Shown in pieces: positions 49,780-63,604 of a stretch of DNA of 64,000 nucleotides. Position 1 is the first letter of the stretch, and every line of letters begins with the position of its first letter. Both the position numbers and the translations under genes were made by a program. The stretch lies in the NCBI RefSeq assembly GCF_963921235.1, contig NC_086097.1:224876001-224940000 (forward strand), given 5' to 3'. Below the pieces are notes generated by a model. It was not told the DNA's origin. It did not search any database and worked only from the letters and a program-made list of their open reading frames with translations. Source of the stretch: Mobula hypostoma. Taxonomy: Eukaryota.

Positions 49780-52645
49780 TGGTGTCAGGCCTTGCCAGCA
49801 TGGGTGTGTGACACAAGGTGGGATGGAACCGGAAGACCTCTAGTGAGTGATAGGGTCAGAGACCACCCTGTTACCTTTTTATGGGACACGGGAGGATCCT
49901 GAACTACTGTCAACACCACTAATGTAAATTGGGAGATACAAGTTAAAATTATCCTCAGTGGATTCACAGCACATTCACAAGTGGGACATGAGTGTACCAT
50001 TGGAAGTTAGAATAGGAAACATAGCATTGGAACATTCAGTAGTGTTGGTGGAGTTACCCAAGGAGCAGGAACATATACTGGGGCATGATTACATGGCCAA
50101 AGCAGGGCTTTGTTTTGACCCAGTTAATTGTATGATTTGGCAGATGCCAACTGGCATGAATAACATACACCACATGCAGATCCCAGTTGGAGAATATCAG
50201 AATAGAATATGCACAATGGGTGAACTGTGGATAAAAGTGGAAGAGATGAGCAATGATCAGAAGGTGCAGCAAATTATTGCTCAGAACTCAGGGGCATTTG
50301 CAAGGCATGACCATGACTGTGGAAAGGTGGCTGGCAGTGTGTGTATACAACGTCCAGACCCCAAACCACAGAAGCAGTGTGGGTTTCCCCAAAAAAGCAG
50401 AGGAAGATGTCGGTAAGGTAATACAGAGTTTGGTACAACAAGAGGTACTGAGGCCAGTAGCCTCCACTAACAACTCGCCCATATGGCCAGATGATAGTTG
50501 GAGACTGACAATAGACTATTGAGAGCTGAATAAAGTAACTCTGTTAACAGTCCCAACTGTAGCAACTAACCCAGAAACAATACTCAAACAGGATGAAAGA
50601 GTGCAATTGTTCACAGTTTTAGACATAATGGATTTTGGTCTATCCCACTTAAAAGAGAGTGTCAATACAAGTTTGCATTTAACTTTCAGGGACAGCAGTA
50701 TACATGGACTGCCCTACCACAGGGGTTCCATAATTCCCCATCTATATTTCACCAACGCTTAGGTGAAGGGTTAAAACGGTTTTCAAAACTCGAGTGCTTG
50801 GTCCAGTATGTCGATGATCTGCTCCTGCCGACTGAAACCAAGCAGGAACATTATCAGCTCTTGACAGAAGTGTTGCAATTATCAATTGCATTGGGACTAA
50901 AGGTAACCCCTAAAAAAGCACAGGTAATGAAACAAAAGTTAGTTAGAACAATCTTGACACTGGGGAAAAGAGAAATTGATACGTGAGGAGTAGAATCGGT
51001 TCTGAAACTGCCTATTCCCCGAGACCTGAAAGGGCTGCGGTCCTTTCTGGGGCTGATAGGATACTGTAGAGATCATATTGAGAGATTTTCCACTAAGGCA
51101 GCTCCTCTAATGGAGTTACTGAAAAAGAATGTGGCGTGGGGATGGAAATCAGAACGCACCAGGCCATTACAGCTCTGAAGCATGCGTTGGCCACTGCGCC
51201 TGCTCTAAAAACCGCAAATCCGAATGAGCCATTCTCACCGGAGGTGGCTGCAACTGACACCACCCTCTCAGCAGTGCTCTTACAGGAGATGCATGGGAAG
51301 TGAAGACCAGTAGTGTATGCATCACGCATACCCTCACCAGTAGAACAGGGCTATACTGTATGTGAAAAACATTTGTTAGCAGTTTTCTGGGCGCTACGAC
51401 ATTTCGCCTACATAGTGGGACTTAATCCGCTTACGATACTGACAGAACATACCCCCATATAATTACTGTTAGATGGAAGGATTAAAGATGGTTCAGTAAG
51501 CCAAAATAGAATTGCTAGATGGACATGGTTGCCGCAAGGAAGAAATATTAGTGTAAAGCGAGTAAACACTGCCTCTATGTTAGCTGATAACCTGGTGTAC
51601 CAAGGAAGTGAACGTGAGTGTCAAGTTATGATAGCAAATGATCCCAAGGGTCCATTTGTATCAAAACAAAAAGGAGGGGTTGGAAGCAGATCAGATACAG
51701 TAATGACTGAGAACAAAGACACAAAGGAAAAAGAAAAACCCAACTTTAAAAATTTTTGTAGATGGCTCCTCATCAGTACAGGATGGTGAAAGGTGAACTG
51801 GATGTGGCGTATATGTAGAGGATGAACATGGCCAGGAAAGGTATAGTATAGCTTTAAAGTAACGCAAAACTTTGAGACTTTTACTGTGCCATGGTCTGTT
51901 CTTATCAAATTATGGTATTGCTTTGCACTGTTGTAACTATATGTTATAATTATGTGGTTTTTGTTAGTTTTTAAGTCGGTTTGTCATGTGTTTTCGTGAT
52001 ATCCTTCCAGAAAAATATTATCATTTCTTAATGCATGTATTACTAAATGACAATAAAAGGGGACTGCGTGTTCTCATAATCATAATAATAAATTATCTCC
52101 TGAGGGAAATAGAAGGCTGATGAATTGGCAAAGCAAGGTGCTTTATTTGGGCAGGAATGGCAGCCACAGATTGGGGAGATTGTGAGAAAGATTAAGTTTA
52201 TGGATTTAACAGAGGAGCAGAAGAAAGATAACGAATTTTTAAAAAAATTGTTAGAAGGTGCAGGGTCTGAAGTATACAAGGAGCACAAGGGAGTGCTTGA
52301 CAAAGATGGGGTTGTCCTTCATGAAGGAAATTTTGTGGTTCCAGAGGGAGGAAGAAACCAGATGATCCATTGGTATCATGATCTATGGGGATATCGGGGT
52401 GCGAAAGCACCCTGGAAAAATCAAGGAAGCCGGCTGATGGCCTAAGATGAAGGATGATGTGGACCATTATGTCAAAAAATTGCTTGATTTGTGCACAATA
52501 TAATCCTGATAGAAATGTAAAGAGAGGAGCCCTTTGACACACCAGACCAGTGGAAGGGCCTTGGACTAATTTGCAGATAGATTACATTGGTCCCTTACCG
52601 CCCACCCTTGAAGGGTACAAATATATTCTGGTAGTAATAGACACC
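49780..52645 (+). pseudogene. pol: Retroviral pol (PR-RT-tether-RNase H-IN), multiple frameshifts and stops
   Basis: VTFLWDTGGS ~49870-49899; SWRLTIDY; YVDD 50807-50818; YASR...CEKHLLAVFWALRHF ~51316-51405; FVDGS 51755-51769; CLICAQYN; PWTNLQIDYIGPLPP...YILVVIDT. Confidence 0.85.
51860..52092 (+). mobile_element. LINE-type 3' tail inserted in the second RNase H domain
   Basis: AT-rich non-coding block ending aataaa...(cataat)n, lying between FVDGS and ADELAK. Confidence 0.55.
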
Positions 52646-52999
52646 TTATTGCCATACCATTTATGGTATGGGGTGGCGTGGTGGTGGTACATCTCTACTA
52701 AAGGAGATGTAAGGTGCTCCTGCCCTCTGTTTGTCTGTAGGTCACCCTTAGCCCCACGATCAAGGACATGTGAAGCCATGGGAGCAGGTGCCTATCGCGT
52801 GTCCTGGTTTTGTGACCACTGATGCCAGGAAGACTATTGATAAATACAGGGGTTATCCGTCTTACAAAGACACTGCCCAGAAGAAGGCAATGGCAAGCCA
52901 GTTCTTTAGAAAAATTTGCTAAGAACAATTATGATAAAGGAAAGACCATGAATGGCCATGTCATACAACATGGCACATAATGAACAAATGATTTATGGT

Positions 53000-54840
53000 A
53001 CATGTCCTAATCCTTCTGATTTCCCAAAATCCATCACTCTGTGCTCAGAGTGAACTCTATCTACAAATACTCTGTCTAACTGTCCATTGTAGACATTTCT
53101 CACGATCCACAGCAATACCTATCTTCCGTCTCGCCTGCAAACTTACTAATTATACTTCCTACAATCACATCCAGCTTGTTAATATATTGTCACAATCAGC
53201 AAAGATCCCAGCACTGATTCCTGTGTTACACAACTAGTCAAAAGCTACCAAAAAAGGGTCAGAAAAGGGTGCTTCCACCATATCCTCTGCCTTCTGTCAC
53301 CAGGCTAATTTTGGATCCAATTAGCCAGCTCATTGGATCCATAACATGAAGGATGTAGTTAAATGCCTTACTAAAGCCCAGATAGGACACATTAATCACT
53401 CAGTCTTCTTAGTTACTTGCTCCAAAATTCAGTCAAATAAGTGAGACAGCCATGTTTACTATCCCGATCAGTCCTTGCCTTTCCCAATATGAATAAATAC
53501 TGTCATAGAGTTGTAGAGAACTATAGCACAGAAAGAGGCCCTTTGGCCTATCTAGTCTGTGTCAAATTATTATTCTGCCCAGTTCCACCAACCTGCACCT
53601 GGTTCACAGCCCTACATACCTTTCTCATCCATGTACGTTCCACACACACACCACCCTCTGAGTAAAGAAGTTCCCCTTCAGGTTCCCCTTAAATATTTCA
53701 CCCTTAACCCATGACCTCCGGTTCTAGTCCCACCCAACCTCAGTGGAAGAAGCCTGCTTGCATTTACCCTTTCTATACCACTCATAAGTTCGCATACCTC
53801 TATCAAATCTCCTTTGGATCTTCCACACTCCAAGGAATAAATTCATAACCTATTCAACCTTTCGCTCAGGTCCTCAAGTCCTGGCAACGTAAACTTTCTA
53901 TGTGTTCTTTCAATCTTAGGGAAAACTTTTCTGTTGGTAAGTAACAGACCTGAGCACCATACTCCAAATTTGCCTTCAATGTCTTGTACAACTTCGAAAT
54001 AACATCGTGATTCCTGTACTCAGTGCCCTAATTTATGAAGGCCAATGTACCAAAAGCTCTCTTGATGACCCTATCTTCCTGTGGCACCATATTCAAGGAA
54101 TCATAGATGTGCATTCTCAGATTCCTTTGTTCTATCACACACCTTGGTGCTCTACAGTTCACTGTGTATGTCCTATCTTGGTTGGTCTTCCCACTGTCTT
54201 TCAGGATTTTCTCCACAATCACTCTTATTGTTAATTTAACATCCCCCGCAATCATAATTCTTGCACCTTTGTGTATATTGCTTACTTATCTGTTTCTCTA
54301 GTTCCTGCTTACTACTCAGCAAACAATAGTACAAGCCCAGCAAAGTAATTTGCCACTCTTATTCCTAAATCCTACTCGTATGCCTCACTGGGCGAACCCC
54401 TCTGTGTAGAGTGAGCAAATATTCCTGTGAGGATATGAGGCATCTCTTCCTGTATAGATCCCACCTAGCCTAGAAGCAATCTCAATGATCCAAGCACCTA
54501 AAGCTACCCTTCTGTAGCAGCTCTTCAGCAATACATTCATCTGTCCATCGTCCTATTTCTGCTCTCAATTGTAGCAATGAATTTCAGCAGTTAGGCAGAA
54601 AGTTAAAAAAGCCAAGCCAGGGGTTGTTATTTCAAGATTGCTCCTGACTCTCGGTTTGGTTCTTGAACCTTCTGCCTAACTTCTAAAACTCTTTTCATAA
54701 TCTTATACCTCTTTCGAGCTGTGTCATTAGTGTGTGTGTGTGGATTTCTAGCTATTCTCCCTCCCCTTTCAGAATATTCTCTTCTTGATTCAACATGCCT
54801 CTAACTTTGATACCAGGGAGGCAACTTACCATTCTGCAAT
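53000..54840 (-). mobile_element. Cluster of degenerate CR1-like LINE fragments
   Basis: CR1 3' end at ~53505-53900; DRVIKRAFGTLAFIN in ORF 54028-54255(-). Confidence 0.65.
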
Positions 54841-54849
54841 TGGGAACAT

Positions 54850-57660
54850 GTATTCTGCATGTGTGGGCCTGACAGGAATCCCATGCCTAGAGCTGACTCT
54901 GATGGTCCAGCATGATCAGGATGGAACTGCTCAATGAGCGATGGATCCAAGATGTAAAAAGGTCACTCCTCTGGGCTTTACCCTTCTCAGTTAATCAGGT
55001 ATTGCACACCACGTCCACGACAACATGAAGCTATCAATTGGCAAACCGTGTACACTGGACCACGTTTCACCCTCCTTGGTTCTGGAGATGCAAGCTCAGG
55101 TGGATTGAGTCGTCCATGAAGAATGGGCACGTGGAAGATGGGTGTGATCCTGGCAGCTGGGATTGGTAAATGATGGAATGTGATTGATACATTGGGTAAT
55201 CGTAAAGGGACCAATGAATTGGGACAAGAACTTGCGGGAGTCGGTAGGCAGGGGCTGTTCTCAGGTGGACAGCCAAACACTGTCCCTAGGCTGGAGTAGT
55301 CTGGCTCGGTGCTGATGGTGGTTAGCCTGGTGGTAGTAGGCCTGGCTGGCAACTAGGATATCCCTCTGTACCCTCTTTCAAGTATTCCAGCAGCAGTGAA
55401 CCTGGGCCAAGGCAACTGGTTCCTCTGTGGAGAAAAACTGGGTTTGGTAGCCATGAAGCACTTCAAAGGGTGACATACCCATGACTTGGGAGGTGTGTAG
55501 ATTGCGGGAGAGTTCAGTCCAGAGCTGATAAAACTACCATGTGGAAGGGGTAGAGGCAGCGAAGCATCTCAGAAACTTCTCCATTTGCTGACTGGCTCAT
55601 TATGACTGACCACTTGTCTATGGATGATGTCCAGAGGACAAAGTCAGAGGTGTGGAGGAGGGTCCAGAAGGCTTTCAAGAAGTGGGAGACAAATTGTGGC
55701 CCTGGTCCGACACAGTATCCCGAGTGAAGCCGAGAAGGTGACTACATGTTGGAAAACCAGGACCACTGTCATGATGGAAGTTTGGGAAGAGCAATGAAAT
55801 GGGCTGCCTTGGAGAACGAACAACCACCGTCAGGATGACCCTGACCCTACTGGAAGGTGGCAAATCCATGGTGATGTGGGACCACTGGATATGAGAATCA
55901 GGTGGTTAGTCCAGATCAGGAATGGCTCTGTTTCTCATCAGGCAATATCTCCATTCCTCCAAGGCAGGGGTTCCCAATCTGGGCTTCACGGACTCATCAA
56001 GTAATGGTCAGTGTCCATGGGTGGGGATTCCTGATCCAAAGCCCATTTGTTGGTGAGTTGCTCCCTGTCTCCTTCTCCATAACAGGCCTATGTAGATTTG
56101 AACTTGTGTGACAACTTGGTGTGTCTTTCCGTCCAGAACTTGCTGGGAGAGGATAGCCCTGGTGCCTACATAAGATGCTTCCACCTCGACCACAAATAGT
56201 AGTGAGGGGTTCAGATGGTGGAGAACGGGTGTGGTGGTGAAAAGTCTTGAGTTCCTCAAGCGTGGTCCATGACAGATTATCTGTGAGCTAACTGGTTTGG
56301 TGAGGGTGGTGAGAGGACCGGAAATTTGACTGTAGTTTCTAATGAACCAGCGGAAGAAGTTGGAGAAACCCAACAAGCTGCAGCTGTTTGAAGGAGTGTG
56401 GTTGGGGATATTCAATGATGGCGTGTGCCTTCTCTGGGAAAATGGTTATGCCTTGAGGTGAAAGGACGTAGCCCAGGAAGGAAATGACTGGGGTGTGGAA
56501 CTGGCATTTCTCTAACTTGGTTTTTGAGGAAACACTGAAGGACTGAACAGATGTGATGGACGTGGTCTTGGGGTTCCTTGGAGAAGATAAGGATGTCATC
56601 GAGGTAGACAAACACTCACTTGTGTAGCCTGTCTTGGAGGATCTTGTTAATGAAGGTATAGAAAACAGCCGGACTGTTGGAAAGTTCTAAAGGTATCACT
56701 AAGTATTCGTAGTGACCAGTGGGTGTTATGAATGAGGTGTTCCACTCAGGTTCATTAAGATTGTCCTGAGGGGGGAGCGGGGGGTTGGCAAATGCGGATC
56801 AGGGTTACGCACTCCGTAGATCTAGTTTGGTGAAGGTCTTGGCCCCACAGAGTGTTTCAAATGTGCTATACAAGGGGAGAGGGTAGCATTTCTTCATGGT
56901 GATTTTGTTAAGTCCATAGTCATTAATGCAGAGATGAAGACTCCCAATCTTCTTCTTGCCAAAGAAGCATCCTGCACCGGCTGGGGACTGGGATGGTCAA
57001 ATAAAACCGTTTTGGCAATGTGACTTGTGTCTCAGGAGGGGAGAGGGAGAGCAAACTGACTCGGGGAGGAGGTCGATCGCACAATTGTGTGGTCTATGAG
57101 GTGGTAGGGAGCTGTATTCCCTTTTACTGAAAGCGACGGCTAAGTTGTGGCATTTCTGAGGGAGTTTGGTGAGATCGAGGGTTTCTGATTGAGGTCAACT
57201 GAGGTTGCAGGCAGGTGGTCCAGCAGGTGAGTTCCCAGTCAGCGGTGAACTGGACAACCTGGGGAAGCGAGGTTTGTGAGTGGAGAGCCAAGATGGGAGG
57301 AAAGTTGCGTGAGTCAATCAGGAGGAATTGGATGGATTCACGATGATCTCCAATGTTCATCATGCACAGGCCTTGTGCATGTTCTGTCTATCTCAGACCT
57401 CAAGGGGGATCCGTCAATGGCCATGATGCTGAGGTGGTGAGAGACAGGCTCAGTAGGGAGTCCAAGCTACACAAGGTCTCTAGTCCAGAGAGCTGCCTGC
57501 TGCACTGGAATCCACCAGAGCCACCTGTAAGCACAGCCATTGGGGTGTAGAGGATGACAGAGAGTGACTCAGACTATGATGTTGGAATGATGGGCTGGGG
57601 AAAGCTTACCAGATGGAAGCCCCTTCGTCTCTACCTGGTTGCCATTTCCTGGATGCAGTA
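54850..57660 (-). mobile_element. Degenerate chromodomain Ty3/Gypsy pol (PR-RT-RH-IN-chromo); LTRs not recognised
   Basis: LVDSSAAG at ~57495-57525; FVYLDDILIF; LFVVEVEAS; integrase remnants 55300-55900; RGRGVQYLIN chromodomain start. Confidence 0.85.
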
Positions 57661-58658
57661 TGTATTTGATGTGTGGATAATTGGCAGCTCTGCAGTAAAT
57701 GTACAAGTTGTTTCTCAGAGTCGTGGAGTCATAGAACACAACAGCACAAACAGACCCACCTAGTCTGTGCTGAACCATTAATCTGCCTAGTCCTATCCGG
57801 ATAATAGACTTCCATACTCCTCCCATCCATTACCTACCCAAATTTCTCTTAAAATGACCCCCATCACCCAGGACATACCCTCTTCCCATTGCTATTGTCA
57901 GGAAGGAGGTGCAGAAGCCTAAAGGTACACACTCAGTGATTCATGGACAGCTTCTTCCCCTCCGCCATTGATTTCTAAATGGACATTGGACCCGTGAACA
58001 CCACCTCACTTTTTCTTATTATTTCTGTTTTGCATTATTTTAAATTTAACTATTTTTTATATATATTAATTAATATATATATTTATATATATTCACTTTT
58101 TTTCTACATTTATCTTGCACTACATTGTACTGCTGCTGCTAAATTAACAAATTTCAGTCTTTTGGCTCTTAGCAATTACCACTCTAATGCTCCAGAGGAC
58201 CAATTTTGTCTCTTGCTATCGTTTTGCTCTTAATACGTGTATCTGTAAAAGCCGTTAGAATTCTCCTTCACTTTGCCTGCTAAAGCAACCTCATTCCTCC
58301 TTTTAGCTCTCCTGATTTCCTTAAGTGTTCTCTTGCATTTCTTATACTCTAAGTACCTAATCTGTTGTTGCCTGCCTTAACTTGGGCTTCAATAGCTCTT
58401 GAAAGTAAGGTTCCCTAAACCTGTTATTTTTACCTTTCATTCTGACAGGCAGATACAAGCTTTGAACTCTCAAAATTTGACTTTTGAAAGCCTCCCACTT
58501 ACCTAGTACACCTTTGCTGGAAAACAACCTTGAAACTCATGGCATTATGAGCAATAGGTGCAAAGTGTTCCCCTACACAAACCTGTCAGTTTCCTTAATA
58601 GGAGATCTAGTATCACTCCTGTCTAGTTGGGACTTCTATGTACTGATTAAAGAAACTT

Positions 58659-59089
58659 TGTCACTGGGTTTGGATATGCCCCAAGTGTGGAGTGAGAGAC
58701 ATTGAAGCAGGTCAATAGTTCACAGGCTTTAATGCGAACAGTGTTAAAGGGGAAAGAAAACAACAAACGCTAGGCCAAACTGGGCCGCTAACTAAAACTC
58801 TCAAATGGAAAAACGAAGCCTACACTGTGTCTGAAAAGAACAACTAAAATATGAAACGAATACCACCAGTCTTCAGAGTCAGTTGACTTGACGATCCAAT
58901 TTCTCAGGCAAGGCCGAACGCAAACAGGCAGCGAAGCGTTGCTGTGCTGTGTTCAAGTCTCGACAAGCACTACCATGACAAGTATCGAGTTTAAAATACT
59001 ATCACAATGAAATAATAATTAGCTGACACGTGCATATTCACAAGTGCAATTGCTGTATCTACTGTGCTGCCGAATCTGTGGTTGTGACA
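58659..59089 (-). repeat. 3' LTR (TG...CA, 431 bp)
   Basis: Aligns with 63605-64000. Confidence 0.92.
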
Positions 59090-60324
59090 GGGCCCTGTTC
59101 TCTAGATGCAGCCCCTGAGGCGCCACAGGCCTATATCTGCTGGAAGTCCTGGATCAGCAACTTGTCCAAGATATCTTTCGCCAGGATCCAAGTACAGTCT
59201 TCTGGGCCATACCCTTCCCAGTCCACAAGGTACTGGATCTTACCACGTACCTAGTGAGGTGCCAGGAGTATAGACAAGGGAACCATCTACCAGGTGGGGA
59301 GAAGGGGAAGGAGGGGGAGGTGAGGTGACTGGGGCCAGGGGAGAGGTAGTAACATGCTTGAGCTGGGAAACATGGAACACTGGGTGGATCTTCAGTGATG
59401 TTGGTAGACACAATCTATAGGACGCCTTGTTAATGGCCTTTTCCACTACAAATGGTCCCACATAGCGCGGTGCCAATTTCCGGCTCTCGAATTTCAGGGG
59501 AAGATCTCTTGATGCCAACCAGACCTCCTCTCCTGGCTTGAATGGCCTTACCTGTCGACGGAGCTGATCAGCCTGCTGGGAATGTTGTTTCTGTGCGTGC
59601 AGAAGAGAAGCCCTGGCCTGTCTCCAGGTGCGCTTGTAGCACTGGATCAGCTGTTCAGCAGGAGGAACTCGTACATCAGTCTCCTGATTAGGGAAGAGTG
59701 GGGGCTGGAATCCCTTCTTGCATTCAAAGGGAGACATACCATTGGAGGATGACTGGAGGTTATTGTGGGTGATCTTTGCCAAACCAATTGGGAGCTCCAG
59801 GACATGGGGTTGGAAGAGGCAAGATGGTGCAGGGTTGTCTCCAACTCCTGGTTCACACCCTCAGTCTGGCCATTAGATTGGGGGTGGAACCCAGATGAGA
59901 TGCTCCTACAAGAGAGCAGAAAGCCTTCCAAAAGCGGGAAGTGAACTGTGGTCCACAATCAGACACTATGTCTTGAGGAAAGCCATGGAACCTGAACATG
60001 TGTTGAACCATGAGTGTGGCAGTCTCGCGGGCTGATGGGAGCCTGGGGAGGGCAATAAAGTGGGCAGTCATGGAAAATCGATCAACAGTGACCAAAATGG
60101 TGGTGTTTCTATTAGATGGGGGCAGACCAGTGATGAAATCTACTGAGAAGGGGACCAGGGTCGGTGGGGTACAGGCAGTGGACATAACAGACCCGTAGGA
60201 CACTGGAGTGATGTCTTGTTCCGAGCGCAGTTGGGACAGGCAGATACAAAATCATGGGCATCCTGGGACATAGATGGCCACCAAAATTGTCTCGTTATAA
60301 ATTCCTGAATTCCCGGATGTCCAG

Positions 60325-61899
60325 TCAGATGGGAGGAGTGGCCCCATTCCAACACCTTAGAATGCATGACAGCACTTTAGAACATCCCGAACAGTCAATT
60401 GGGAGGTCCCCCATCCAGGCCTGGATCTGATTGTCCCTCACCTCTGTCTCTATACCCTTGATCACCAGAGCAGCGATACGTGAGCAAGGAAGAATGGGCT
60501 CTGGATTGGCATTGTCCTCAGATCTGTCAAACTGCCGGGAGAGAGCATCAGCTGTTGTATTTTTGCTGCCGGGACGATAAGTGACGATGAAATTGAACCG
60601 TGTGAAGAAGAGAGCCCACCGGGCTTGACGAGACTTGAGTCTCTCAGCATTCTGAATATAGGAGAAGTTCTTGTGATCTGTCCAGACCAAGAATGGATGC
60701 TCTGTCCCCTCCAGCCAGTGTCGCCATTCCTCCAGGGCCTCCTTGACTGCCAGAAGCTCCTGGCTCCCAACATCATAATTCCTCTCGGCTGGAATCAAGC
60801 AACGGGAAAGAAAGATGCAAGGGTGCAGCCAGCTATCCGTAGATGAGCGCTGAGAGAGGACAGCTCCAGTAGCTACATCGAATGTATCCACCTCGAAAAT
60901 GAATGTCTGAGATAGGTCTGGGTGTTGCAGCAGCAGGGCAGTGGTGAAACGTCGCTTTAGCTCTGAAGTTGCTTGGCTGGCGTCGTCTATCTGATGGAAT
61001 CCTGCTGAGGTCTTCTTGGTGAGTGCATTAATTGGAGCTGTGATAGAGCTGAAATTTCGGATGAAGTGGCGATAAAAATTCGCAAACCCCGTGAAACGCT
61101 GTACCTGTTTGACTGTAGATGGTTTGGGCCACTCTGCAATTGCATGAACTTTACTAGGGTATATTTGAACACTTGATGGGGTAATTATATAGCCCCAAAA
61201 CGACACCTGGTCTTTATGGAATGCACACTTCTCAGGCTTGGCGTGCAGATTATTTTCAAGAAACTGTCTGAGTACTCTCTGTACATTCTGGACGTGCTCC
61301 TGGTAAGAGCAGGAGTAGATAAGGATGTCATCTAAATATACAAACACAAACTGATTCAACATGTCCCCGAGCACATCGTTAACCAAGGCCTGGAATACAG
61401 CGTTGGCCAGACCAAAATGCATCACCAGGTACTCGTAGTGGTCATTAGAAGTGTTGAAAGCCGTTTTCCACTCATCCTTTTCTCTTATGTGAATCAGTTT
61501 GTAAGCATTGCGCAGATCAATTTTGGAAAATATGGTTGCTCCCTGGTGATGTTCAAATGCAGATGCCAGCAAGAGAAGAGGGTAGCAGTTCTTCACAGTG
61601 ATGCTGTTCAGTGGCTGATAGTCGCTGCAGGGACGGAACTTGCCATCTTTCTTGCACACAAAATAGAAGAGACAGATAAACCCCATGTTCAATGCCTCCT
61701 TGATGTATTCCTCCATGGCCACCATTTCAGGACAAGAAAAGAGCTGGCCCTGGGGAGGACTAGTACCAGGAGAATGTCTATGGCACAGTCGAATGACTGG
61801 TGTGGGGCAGAGTGGTGGCCTTTCTTTTACTGAAAACCTCAAGGAGAGCCAGAATTTCAGACAAGTCCATATCCTTAGATGACACAGGAGGGGATTCAT
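60325..61899 (-). pseudogene. pol: Gypsy RT-RNase H segment of pol
   Basis: SKIDLRNAY..I.I...DEWKTAF, MHFGLANA, FVYLDDILIYS, WTDHKN. Confidence 0.9.
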
Positions 61900-63534
61900 G
61901 GAAAGTAGTTTGAACTGGACCCAGACAGGTAGAGGGGCATGCTGGTCCCCACTCTTGGAGTGCCTTCAGAGACCAATCAATCCATGGGTTATATCGGGAT
62001 AACCAGGGGAGTGGCAGTTCAGGTGAAATAGCCAGATAGAAAGATATTTCTTCATGATGGTTGCTTTTGAACACCATTGGAGGAGTTGGGTGGAAAGGTG
62101 GTTACCAGAGGTTGACCATCCAGTGCCTTGATATTGATCTTAATTCCTGAGTTGGAAGTCCCCATCTTTGAGCGAGTGAGATGTCCATAAGATTCCCAGC
62201 TGCACCGGAGTCGATAGATGCCTTAAGTTCATGGGTCTGAGACCTCCACGACAAGGAAACTGCAGGCATTACAGAATTAGGGGAAGCTGACTGAAGAGAG
62301 AACCGACCCGTCAGGATTCCCCTCCCTGCAGACGGGTTTTCTCTTTTACTGGACACCTGGAACATGCAGCCCGGAAGTGTCCTGGATCACCACAATAGGC
62401 AGGAACCTGTTCTCCAGCGCCGCTCTCATTCCTCCTGAGACAGGCACTTGTGCCCCACTTGCATAGGCGCCTCCGTGTCTGTGGCCTGGGTGGTGAGGGG
62501 TGGGGGGAGAGGGTGAGGAATGACGGTGATCAGATGAGGGAGGGGGAGAGGGCAAGGAAAGACAGTGATCTGGCGGCGAGTAGGAAGTTTGAAACATTCT
62601 TTCCCTGCGCCACTCAGTCACCCGGTCGTCAACTTGAATGACCAGATTAATCAGGTCATTTAGACTATCCTGCTCGTCCTGGATAGCGATCCCACGCTGG
62701 ACTCCTGTGTTCAGTCCATGCTGGAAGGTAGTGATGAGAGATCTGTCATTCCATCCCATCTCTACTGCAAGGGTATGGAATTTAAATGCATAGGCTCTCA
62801 CCATTCCTCTGCCTTGGCACAGGTCGGTGGGCAGCCTCCTAACCCTGTACTGGAAGATCAAAAACCCTCAACTCCGCAATGAAATGTCGGAACGACTGGG
62901 CTGCAGGTTATCCTTGCTTCTGTAAAATGTTGAACGGGCTGAGTGGAGATCCATCAAGAAGATTGACCATATATGCCAATTTTCGTGCATCATCACCAAA
63001 ATGACCAGGCTGGGCTTGGAATGTCAGCTCGCATTGGGTAATAAAATTCCTGCAGCCATCGAGATCACCAGAATATCTGCCTGGAGGTGGAATACTCAGT
63101 TCCTGTACAGACGCTAGTGTCTGTGAGGGTCTGAATGTGGGAGTCAGCTCTGGTCCGGGTGCGGGAGCAGGAGCATTAGTAGCAGAGATTGCCAGGGCAG
63201 CAGAGTAGGAGGACCTGCAAGATGCTGACTGTGGGCCTGAGGCTGCTGAATTGCATGGCGAGAACGTTAATGGATGTCAGCTGATGCTGGCTGTTCACAG
63301 TGAGTTTGTGGACGGTGGCCGTGAGAGTGGAAATCGCAGACACCTGAGTCCAATTGTCTGCGGTGAGCTGTTGAACAGTTGCAGCGGGGATCAATACCTG
63401 CTCTTCCAAGAGAGACTGGGCTTGTCGGCGTGAAATTATCTACCTCATTGCCTCCGTAACATCACTGAGAATAGATTCCATTGCCTGTAGCTTGCCTCCT
63501 ACCTGACCAATGAATCTCATGGCCAAAGTCAGCT

Positions 63535-63570
63535 TGTCTCTGTCTCTGTCTCTGTCTCTGTCTCTGTCTC
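63535..63570 (+). repeat. (TGTCTC)n microsatellite in the Gypsy 5' leader
   Basis: About six tandem hexamers. Confidence 0.9.
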
Positions 63571-63604
63571 TTCCACTCTCACCTTTGTGTTGGTCGAGAC
63601 TTGC

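Larger units (their letters stand above)
47050..52645 (+). mobile_element. Endogenous retrovirus, lokiretrovirus/spuma-like, defective, truncated in integrase
   Basis: Order LTR-PBS-coiled coil-gag(CCHC)-PR-RT-RH(tether)-RH-IN; motifs WDTG, LPQGFHNSP, YVDD, FVDGS, ADELAK, DYIGPLPP. Confidence 0.8.

Noticed and set aside
47050..52645. True foamy virus or ordinary Gypsy element
   Set aside because: The CCHC knuckle and in-frame gag-pol argue against foamy; the second RNase H argues against Gypsy. A phylogeny is still needed.
52646..53500. env gene downstream of integrase
   Set aside because: Sequence switches to SINE and CR1 fragments; no env or 3' LTR is recognisable.
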